This document shows, piece by piece, positions 18,756-25,799 of a stretch of 64,000 nucleotides of DNA (positions are counted from its first letter, which is position 1; each line of letters begins with the position of its first letter). Source of the DNA: Thermoanaerobaculia bacterium (GTDB taxonomy: Bacteria; Acidobacteriota; Thermoanaerobaculia; Multivoradales; JAHEKO01); contig JBAUDS010000025.1 in the NCBI GenBank assembly GCA_049678185.1, forward strand, positions 8,016 through 72,015, given 5' to 3'. The notes below the pieces were generated by a model, which saw nothing but the letters and a program-made list of their open reading frames with translations, searched no databases and was not told the DNA's origin. The position numbers and the translations under genes were made by a program.

Positions 18756-19457
18756 ATGGCAAAGAAAACAAAGAAGTCGAGCCAGAAGCTTTATACGCTC
18801 AGTGAAGTATCCGAGAAGACCGGCATCTCCATGCCGACCCTGCTCCGCTACAAGAAGGCGTATCAGAGGCGCATCCCTTCGGTGGGCAAGGGCCGGACAC
18901 AGCGCTATCCGGCGAGCGCCTTGAAAGTATTCAAGGAGATCAAAAAAGAAAACCTCGCAAAGCGAGGTCGGCCGGCAAAGAAGAAGGCGGCAGGCTCGAC
19001 CCGCAAGCGTGCGACGGCCGGCCGCAAGCGAACAGCTCCACGCAAGAAAGCGGCTGCCAAAAAACGAAAGAAGCCGGCGACCACAAAAGGCAAGCAGGAA
19101 GACCTGCTGACGCTGTCGGAGATCGGTCGGCAGACCGGCATCTCCTATCCAACGCTCATCCGCTACGTCAAGGTTTACGGCAAGAAGATCCCCTCGGTCG
19201 GTCGTGGCCGCACGCGGCGCTTCCGTCCCGAGGCGGTCGCTGTCTTCAACCAGCTGCGCTCCCAGAGCCGCAGAGGCCGCAAGAAGGGCACCAAGGGGTC
19301 GCGCACCGCCACGGCGCGTGTCACCGCCGGCGCCAACAAGGCCCTGACCGACCGCATCAAGAAGCTGGAAAAGGCCCAGACCGACATCAGCAAGCAACTC
19401 GAGGACGTCATCAAGCTCCTCAAGCGACCTCTACAGGTCACTATCAAGAGCAAGTAG
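18756..19457 (+). CDS. Basic DNA-binding protein with two MerR/excisionase-like HTH repeats, a K/R/A-rich linker and a C-terminal coiled coil
   Basis: The internal repeat LYTLSEVSEKTGISMPTLLRYKKAYQRRIPSVGKGRTQRY matches LLTLSEIGRQTGISYPTLIRYVKVYGKKIPSVGRGRTRRF. The linker is RGRPAKKKAAGSTRKRATAGRKRTAPRKKAAAKKRKKPATTKGK and the tail is LTDRIKKLEKAQTDISKQLEDVIKLLK. Confidence 0.6.
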   Translation: MAKKTKKSSQKLYTLSEVSEKTGISMPTLLRYKKAYQRRIPSVGKGRTQRYPASALKVFKEIKKENLAKRGRPAKKKAAGSTRKRATAGRKRTAPRKKAAAKKRKKPATTKGKQEDLLTLSEIGRQTGISYPTLIRYVKVYGKKIPSVGRGRTRRFRPEAVAVFNQLRSQSRRGRKKGTKGSRTATARVTAGANKALTDRIKKLEKAQTDISKQLEDVIKLLKRPLQVTIKSK

Positions 19458-19475
19458 CAAGTCCAAGAGTGAATC

Positions 19476-19510
19476 CGACCCTGTCTGCATCCGCGGCAGG
19501 GTCGCTTTCA
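19476..19510 (+). terminator. Possible intrinsic terminator
   Basis: CGACCCTG (19476-19483) pairs with CAGGGTCG (19497-19504) across a 13-nt loop and is followed by CTTTCA. The T-tract is weak. Confidence 0.3.
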
Positions 19511-19539
19511 CCAACCCTCGAGGTGCCTGAAACGTTAGA

Positions 19540-19767
19540 ATGTCGCCGATGGGAAAGCACTCAGATCGACCTGTCACGAGGGTCGGCAACAGTAACCGGC
19601 ACTCAGATCCGGCCAGCGAACCGACCGCCGAAGGGGCTTTCGCAGCCGACGGGGTTGATCTGACCCTGGTCCGGTGGATGCTAGAGAAATCACCCACCGA
19701 GAGGCTGAGCGCCGCGCAAGATTTTGTCGACGCAATCTGGGCGTTACGGGCCGGACGTGAAACCTGA
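19540..19767 (+). CDS. Small protein, partner of the downstream nucleotidyltransferase-like gene
   Basis: The C-terminal VDLTLVRWMLEKSPTERLSAAQDFVDAIWALR resembles small proteins usually encoded just upstream of MNT-like nucleotidyltransferases. It overlaps the next ORF by 11 nt. Confidence 0.35.
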   Translation: MSPMGKHSDRPVTRVGNSNRHSDPASEPTAEGAFAADGVDLTLVRWMLEKSPTERLSAAQDFVDAIWALRAGRET

Positions 19768-20143
19768 CTTCTTGGAGCTCTTCCGCGCTCTCGACCGCGC
19801 CGGTGTCGACCATGTCTCCACACTCCTCGACCAGATAGAAGCCCGTTATCGAGACCCGGCGGGACGCGACATCCGACCGACCTTGGACAGACTGAAAAGC
19901 AACAAGATGAACCTCCTCGAGACGAATCTGGGTCCGCTCGATGCCATGCAGCGAATCGGAGCCGGCTGGTTCTGGGCCGAGGTGGTCGAAAGATCTCATG
20001 TCGTCCAGGTAGGCGATCTCGAAGTGCGGGTCCTCGACCTGGCCTCTATCATCGAATCCAAGGTGGCTGCCAATCGTGACAAGGACCGTGCGATGCTCCC
20101 TCTTCTGCGTCGGACCCTCGAAAGCAAAGGAGGGGAGCAATGA
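19757..20143 (+). CDS. Nucleotidyltransferase-fold protein, apparently lacking the catalytic core (possibly degenerate)
   Basis: With the GTG at 19757 the product starts KPDFLELFRALDRAGVDHV and ends VRVLDLASIIESKVAANRDKDRAMLPLL. These ends are typical of this family. The expected GG...HG...DxD segment after GVDHV is missing. Confidence 0.4.
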   Translation: MKPDFLELFRALDRAGVDHVSTLLDQIEARYRDPAGRDIRPTLDRLKSNKMNLLETNLGPLDAMQRIGAGWFWAEVVERSHVVQVGDLEVRVLDLASIIESKVAANRDKDRAMLPLLRRTLESKGGEQ

Positions 20144-20201
20144 GCGGTGTTCTTCTCGCGTCACGAGCCACCACCCGCCCCTACCCTGAGGGGTAGTGTG
20201 C

Positions 20202-20227
20202 GAAACAAGGTCCTTTCTGTAGTCTGA
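20202..20227 (+). promoter_or_regulatory. Candidate ECF-type promoter (GAAAC-N15-GTCTGA) upstream of the ECF sigma gene
   Basis: AAC lies at 20204-20206 and GTCT at 20222-20225. It resembles the AAC...GTCT/TCTGA pattern of ECF promoters and the two sites at 21049 and 25733. Confidence 0.3.
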
Positions 20228-20320
20228 ATCCTGTCTGACGCAAATCGCCGATGGGTCCTCGGGACTCAGTGGGGGAGCCCGAGCAGCGGCAGGCTCACGA
20301 CGCTCTCGAGGGCAAAGAGT

Positions 20321-21034
20321 ATGAGTGCCGAAGTCGCCACGACGCAGTGGAGCCAGGTGCTGGCCGCCAGGGACGGCTCCGACACCGAGGCGCGGGCCGC
20401 CCTGGAGATGCTGTGCCAGACCTACTGGCAACCCCTCTACGCCTACATCCGCCACCAGGGCTCCGACCCTGAAGAGGCCAGAGACTTCACCCAGGCCTAT
20501 TTCACCGAGCTGCTGGACAAGGACTTCCTGGCCGACGTCGATCCGTCGAAGGGAAGATTCCGAGCGTTCCTGTTGGCCTCGTTGAGGCACTTTCTTTCCC
20601 ACCAGAGAGATCGAGCCCGGGCTCTCAAACGGGGTGGGGGTACCCCAACCCTGTCGCTCGACGTCGCAGCCGGCGAGGAGAGCTATACGCTCCAACCGAG
20701 CGACGAGATGACCCCGGAAGACGTGTTCGAGCACCGCTGGGCGCTCACTGTTCTCGATCGGGCGATGGGTCGGCTCCAGCTGGAGAGCGCCGAATCCGAT
20801 GATCTGACCCAGTTCGACAAGCTCAAGCCCTATTTGACCAGCGCGGAACCCCAGGCGACCTATCAGGAGTCGGCCGCCGATCTGGGGATGAGCGTCAGGG
20901 CGATCAAGACCGCGGTGCACCGCCTGCGAAAGCGCTACGGGATGTGCCTGCGGGCCGAGATCGCCCAGACCGTGGCCAACCCGGCCGACACCGACGAGGA
21001 GGTGCGCCACCTGCTGGCCACAGTCCGTCCGTAG
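20321..21034 (+). CDS. ECF-type RNA polymerase sigma factor (Ser/Thr-kinase-associated type)
   Basis: TQWSQVLAARDG...ALEMLCQTYWQPLYAYIRHQG...FRAFLLASLRHFLSHQRDRARALKRGGG is the signature I associate with ECF43-like sigma factors. A region 4 HTH lies at the C-terminus (SAADLGMSVRAIKTAVHRLRKR). Confidence 0.8.
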   Translation: MSAEVATTQWSQVLAARDGSDTEARAALEMLCQTYWQPLYAYIRHQGSDPEEARDFTQAYFTELLDKDFLADVDPSKGRFRAFLLASLRHFLSHQRDRARALKRGGGTPTLSLDVAAGEESYTLQPSDEMTPEDVFEHRWALTVLDRAMGRLQLESAESDDLTQFDKLKPYLTSAEPQATYQESAADLGMSVRAIKTAVHRLRKRYGMCLRAEIAQTVANPADTDEEVRHLLATVRP

Positions 21035-21048
21035 CAGGTGGAAGGGGC

Positions 21049-21075
21049 GTAACCTCTTCGCGACATATCGTCTAT
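21049..21075 (+). promoter_or_regulatory. Candidate ECF-type promoter (GTAACC-N15-GTCT) upstream of the kinase gene
   Basis: GTAACC lies at 21049-21054 and GTCT at 21070-21073, followed by a T-rich stretch. The architecture matches the site at 25733. Confidence 0.35.
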
Positions 21076-21130
21076 TTCTCTCGGACCGGGCCCCAGGGCA
21101 GTCCCCCGGGTACCTGGATCTGGAAGCGCG

Positions 21131-24100
21131 ATGGTCGAGCTGCGAACCAAAATGGAGTGTCCCGCCTGTGGCAGCACCCTGCTGGACGCGGGCGGCAGCG
21201 AGGGTCTGTGTCCGGGGTGTCTGCTGGAGCTGGCGCTGGAGTCGCCGTCGTTGCTGGCCGAGCTCGAGGGCACAGAGGAAGAAGAGACCCTCACCTACTC
21301 CCGGGAGGCCTTCTCCTCCGGTCAGATCCTGGGTAATCGCTATCGCATCCGCTCGCTGTTGGGTCGGGGCGGGATGGGGGAGATCTGGCGGGCCACCGAT
21401 CTCAAGCTGCGGGTCGATGTAGCGCTCAAGGCGCTACGACCGCAACTGCTGGCGGACACCCGCGCTCTGGAGACACTCCGCCAGGAGGTGCGCGTTGCCC
21501 GCGAGGTGGTCTCGCCCAATGTCTGCCGGGTGTTTGACCTGGTGGAGCTCGACGGCCAGGAGCTGGTGTCGATGGAGTACATCGACGGCGTGACGCTGCT
21601 GGACATCCTCAAGATGCGCGCACCGCTCGAGCTGGCCGAGGCGCGCGAGATCGCTTCCCAGTTTCTGGCCGGCCTCGAGGCGATCCACGAGGCGAGTCTG
21701 GTGCATCGGGACGTCAAGCCAGAGAACCTGATGATGACCCGCTCGGGGCGGGTGGTGCTGATGGACTTCGGCATTGCCAAGGGCCTGGCGGAAGGCAAGA
21801 CCGGGACGATCTCGGGGACCCCGGCCTATATGTCGCCGGAGCAGTCGCGGGGCGAGCAGCTCGATGCGAGAGCGGACGTCTATTCCGCCGGCGTCGTGCT
21901 GGCGGAGATGATCGCCCCGGGGGGCTTGAAAAGCTTCGAGGCCCGCCAGCGGATCTGGCAGGGGATCCATCACGAGCCACCGGAGGTGCCGGATTCTCCC
22001 TGGGCTCCCGTGTTGAAGATGGCGGTGGCAGGGCAGAGAGAGCGACGCCAACCGAGTGCCGCGGCGCTGGCCCGGGCACTCGAGGAGGTGACGCTGCGGG
22101 TGGCGGGGGCCGAGGACGTCAAGCCCTACCCGGGGTTGGCGTCTTTTACCGAAGAGGACGCAGAGTACTTCTTTGGCCGCGAGCTGGAAGTGGAGGAGAT
22201 GTGGAAGAAGCTCCACCGGCCGCATCTGCTGGGGCTGATCGGCGCCTCGGGGGCCGGCAAGAGCTCCTTCCTGCGGGGCGGGCTGCTGCCGGTCATCCCC
22301 ACCGGCTGGCGGGCCGTGGTCCTGACGCCGGGCGGCCGACCCTTCTCCGCCCTGGCCCGGGCACTCGTGCCGGAGCTCACCGGGGATACCGAGGCTCTGC
22401 AACTGCTGACCAGCCCGGACCATACCGACGCTGTGCTTGATGCAGTGACTCGCTGGCGGCGGCAACATGACGAGGCCCTGCTCATCATCGATCAGTTCGA
22501 GGAGCTCTTTACCCAGAACCCACCCGAGGTGCAGGAGCGCTTTGCCGAGCTTCTGGGCCGGCTCGCCCTTGAGACCGATGTTCACGTGTTGCTCTCGATG
22601 CGGGACGACTTTCTCGCCTACTGCTCCCACCAGGAGAGCCTCAACCCGATCTTCAGCGAGCTGACGCCTTTGAAGCCTCTCTCGGGTGCAGCGATCCGGC
22701 GCGCTCTGGTGCAGCCGGCCCTGAAGTGCGGCTACCGCTTTGAAGACGATGCTCTGGTGGACGAGATGGTGGGGGAGGTCGGTGGCGAAAGGGGTGCCCT
22801 GCCGCTGCTGGCCTTTGCAGCCTCCCGTCTCTGGGATCACCGCGACCGCGACCAGGGCCTCCTGACCCGCGAAGCCTATGAACACATCGGCGGCGTCGGC
22901 GGCGCCCTCGCCCAGCACGCCGAGCAAACGCTCGAGAAGATAGGTCAGGATCAAATCCCCGTCGTCCGCGAGCTGTTCAGAAACCTGGTCACGGCGCAGG
23001 GGACGAGAGCGGCGCGCGACCGTCAGGATTTGTTGTCCGTGTTCGATGGGCGGGAGGAGGACACGAAGCGGCCGGCCTCCGTGCCGGCCGGGGAGGGGGA
23101 TGACACCGGTGACCGCGAAACGGCCGCCCACGTTCTCGACACCCTAATCGACGCCCGCCTCTTGACCTCCTACGAGGTCCCCGCCGCCGACGAGAGCGAG
23201 CCACCCCACCAGCGGATCGAAATCATCCACGAATCCTTGCTCATCAACTGGCCCCGCCTGGTGCGCTGGCAGACCCAGGACGCCGACAGCGCCCAGCTGC
23301 GCGACCAGATCCGCCAGGCGGCGCAGATGTGGGAGGAAAGGGGCCGACCCGAGGATCTGCTCTGGACCGGCACATCGTTTGGCGAGTTCCGGCTCTGGCA
23401 CGAGCGCTACGAGGGCGGCTTGAGCACCGCCGAAGAGGATTTTGGCGATGCCATGGTCTACCGTGCCGAGCGCCAGAAACGACGACGCCGGATCGCCATC
23501 AGCGCCGCCTTCGGCGTCCTGCTCGCCGTCCTCGGGGTCATCGCCTACTTCGGCTGGCAGGCCGAACTCGAGCGTCGGCGGGCGGAGGCCGGCAAGCTCA
23601 TCGCCCTGGGTGAGTTGGAGATCCAGACCTACCCGACGGCGGCGCTGGCCTGGGCCACCAAGAGCCTGGAGCTCGCCGACACCCTGGAAGCCCGCCTCCT
23701 CGCCCTGCGTGCGCTGCAGCAAGCGCCCCCAGCAAGGGTACTCGGGGAGATAAGTAGAAGCGAATCCTTTAGCCCAAACGGCGAGTGGTTCGCTATGGGC
23801 CACCGTGACCAGGCGTGGCTGCGCTCTCACAATGGGAGCGAACCCACCGCCATCGGAACATTCGAGCACGAGGATATTCAGGTAAATCTGGCCTTTGCCA
23901 GTGACAATGAACTGGTCACCGAACACGACGGTGATCTCCGCGGGTGGTCGGTGCCGGCAGGAGAAGAGCTCTGGCGCTCCGACGGCGAGAGGGGGCGGCT
24001 TATATCGGCGTTGGCCCGGGGTGACGGCTACTTCAGCTTGACCAGAGAAGAAGGCAAAAGACTGATCCACTGGTGGCCCTTCGGCGAGGGAGCCACACGG

Positions 24101-25693
24101 ATGGTGGAAGAGATGGCAGATTGGGGTGCTTGGAATATCGACTCCACCGGCTCCTGGCTCGCCTACGGCTTGGACAAGACCGTTTTTCTGCGCTCGCTCG
24201 AGGACTGGAGCCGGCCTCGCCTCCGGCTCGGCGAGCATACCGACAGCATCCGGGACCTCGCCTTCCACCCCTCGGGTGACCGGATCGCCGCCGTCGATGA
24301 GACGGGTGAAATCCGCTTCTGGCCGACGACCGGTAGCGCAGCAGGGCCGCTTCGCACGATGCAAGCTACGAGGCTCGTCGGGCTCCGCTACGACCCTACC
24401 GGGAGATGGCTTGCGGGCAGTAGGGTAGAGCAAGGCCTTGCGACGGCCTGGCTTTGGGACCTGACGGCACCGCAGGGTACCGACCCTCTGACGCTCCGCA
24501 GAACCGATGACGCCACCGTTGATGTGCCCATGTTCCATCCGACCAGGTCCTGGCTATTTTTCCCAGGCGGCGGAGGATTCAGTGTCTGGTCGTTCACCCA
24601 TCGCTATCCGTGGATACTCCGAGGGCATAAGGGGAGGGTGTGGACGGTCGCCTTTGGTCCTGATGGCGACTGGCTGATAACCGCTGACACTTTTGGGGTT
24701 CGAGCCTGGCCGCTTCAGGCTCAGGAGCATGGCGCCTCCCGCATACTTCTCCAAAAGGACCTCGGCTACTTCCCACAGGTCGATGTCGATCCTGCAGGTA
24801 GACGTGTGGCGGTTGCGGCGATGGACAAGACGATCTTGGTCGTCCCCCTCGATGGAGGCCCGACTCGGGAACTGACCGGCTGGGACCCCTCATCCGACGT
24901 TGGGAGAATCAAGGTCGCCTTCAGCCCGGATGGTCGGCTTCTGGCCGCCGTGCCGAATTCTGGGCCAGCGGAAGAGATGGCAGTGCGGGTCTGGGATCTC
25001 GGATCGGGTGAGGTGCGGACCTTGGGCCGGGTCGATGGGGAGACCGCCTATCTCGACTTCGCCGATGATCGCCATCTCGTCTGGAGCGGCAATGATTTCT
25101 TCACAGAAGGCCGAGGGGGCGGGGAGAGGGTATTCGACCTGGAGACAGGGAGTGTCGAGGTGGTGGCGGAAGGCGGATCGGAGGAGTCCAGAACTGTCAG
25201 CCGGAGTGGGTCCTTCATCATTACTACGGAATTCCGAGCTGGCGAGGGGGGTGGGGGGGCCGATCTGGTCTGGAGGAGTCTCGAAACGGGGGAGTCACGC
25301 CGCATCACCTCCCATGGCGGCCCTCCTGTGTCCGTAGCCTTGGATCCTTCAGACCGCTGGGTGGTAACCGGGGGCTCTCAGGGCCTCGTACGAATCGGTC
25401 CGGTTTCGGGTGAAGAGCCCCACCTGCTCTACGGTCACCAGGGGCCTGTTGGCACGGTAGCCGTCTCACCCGATGGTCGCTGGATCGCCTCCGGTGGCAA
25501 CGACAGAACAGCCCGCCTTTGGCCGATGCCGGATATGTCGAAGCCGCCGTTTCACATCCGGCCGCTCGACGAGCTGCTGGCGACCCTCCACTCCCTGACC
25601 AACCTCCGGGTGGTCGAGGATTCCGAATCCTCGACCGGCTGGAAGATGGAACTAGGCCCCTTTCCCGGCTGGAAGGAAGTGCCGGAGTGGTGA
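21131..25693 (+). CDS. Multidomain Ser/Thr protein kinase: zinc ribbon, kinase, STAND P-loop NTPase, TM helix, WD40/beta-propeller repeats (1520 aa)
   Basis: Zinc ribbon CPACGS...CPGC. Kinase motifs GRGGMGEIW, HRDVKPEN, DFGIAK and GTPAYMSPEQ. nSTAND-like PYPGLASFTEEDAEYFFGRE followed by Walker A GASGAGKSS. TM helix IAISAAFGVLLAVLGVIAYFGW. Then about 730 aa of degenerate WD40-like repeats (GHKGRVWTVAFGPDGDWLITA, GHQGPVGTVAVSPDGRWIASGGNDRTARLW). Confidence 0.85.
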   Translation: MVELRTKMECPACGSTLLDAGGSEGLCPGCLLELALESPSLLAELEGTEEEETLTYSREAFSSGQILGNRYRIRSLLGRGGMGEIWRATDLKLRVDVALKALRPQLLADTRALETLRQEVRVAREVVSPNVCRVFDLVELDGQELVSMEYIDGVTLLDILKMRAPLELAEAREIASQFLAGLEAIHEASLVHRDVKPENLMMTRSGRVVLMDFGIAKGLAEGKTGTISGTPAYMSPEQSRGEQLDARADVYSAGVVLAEMIAPGGLKSFEARQRIWQGIHHEPPEVPDSPWAPVLKMAVAGQRERRQPSAAALARALEEVTLRVAGAEDVKPYPGLASFTEEDAEYFFGRELEVEEMWKKLHRPHLLGLIGASGAGKSSFLRGGLLPVIPTGWRAVVLTPGGRPFSALARALVPELTGDTEALQLLTSPDHTDAVLDAVTRWRRQHDEALLIIDQFEELFTQNPPEVQERFAELLGRLALETDVHVLLSMRDDFLAYCSHQESLNPIFSELTPLKPLSGAAIRRALVQPALKCGYRFEDDALVDEMVGEVGGERGALPLLAFAASRLWDHRDRDQGLLTREAYEHIGGVGGALAQHAEQTLEKIGQDQIPVVRELFRNLVTAQGTRAARDRQDLLSVFDGREEDTKRPASVPAGEGDDTGDRETAAHVLDTLIDARLLTSYEVPAADESEPPHQRIEIIHESLLINWPRLVRWQTQDADSAQLRDQIRQAAQMWEERGRPEDLLWTGTSFGEFRLWHERYEGGLSTAEEDFGDAMVYRAERQKRRRRIAISAAFGVLLAVLGVIAYFGWQAELERRRAEAGKLIALGELEIQTYPTAALAWATKSLELADTLEARLLALRALQQAPPARVLGEISRSESFSPNGEWFAMGHRDQAWLRSHNGSEPTAIGTFEHEDIQVNLAFASDNELVTEHDGDLRGWSVPAGEELWRSDGERGRLISALARGDGYFSLTREEGKRLIHWWPFGEGATRMVEEMADWGAWNIDSTGSWLAYGLDKTVFLRSLEDWSRPRLRLGEHTDSIRDLAFHPSGDRIAAVDETGEIRFWPTTGSAAGPLRTMQATRLVGLRYDPTGRWLAGSRVEQGLATAWLWDLTAPQGTDPLTLRRTDDATVDVPMFHPTRSWLFFPGGGGFSVWSFTHRYPWILRGHKGRVWTVAFGPDGDWLITADTFGVRAWPLQAQEHGASRILLQKDLGYFPQVDVDPAGRRVAVAAMDKTILVVPLDGGPTRELTGWDPSSDVGRIKVAFSPDGRLLAAVPNSGPAEEMAVRVWDLGSGEVRTLGRVDGETAYLDFADDRHLVWSGNDFFTEGRGGGERVFDLETGSVEVVAEGGSEESRTVSRSGSFIITTEFRAGEGGGGADLVWRSLETGESRRITSHGGPPVSVALDPSDRWVVTGGSQGLVRIGPVSGEEPHLLYGHQGPVGTVAVSPDGRWIASGGNDRTARLWPMPDMSKPPFHIRPLDELLATLHSLTNLRVVEDSESSTGWKMELGPFPGWKEVPEW

Positions 25694-25732
25694 GACGGCC
25701 ACTTGCGGGGCCCCAGGCATCAGCCATCGGCT

Positions 25733-25759
25733 GTAACCCTTTGAAGTCGTTTGGTCTTT
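25733..25759 (+). promoter_or_regulatory. Candidate ECF-type promoter (GTAACC-N15-GTCT) upstream of the outer-membrane receptor gene
   Basis: GTAACC lies at 25733-25738 and GTCT at 25754-25757, followed by TTTTTCTTT. The site is 40 nt upstream of the SD (AAAGGAGGG) and the ATG at 25800. Confidence 0.35.
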
Positions 25760-25799
25760 TTTCTTTGTGGAGAGCGACGGACCCGAAAGGAGGGTTCCC

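Noticed and set aside
20184-20199. Short hairpin CTACCC-TGAG-GGGTAG downstream of the nucleotidyltransferase-like ORF.
   Set aside because: The stem is only 6 bp and no U-tract follows. This is insufficient to call a terminator.
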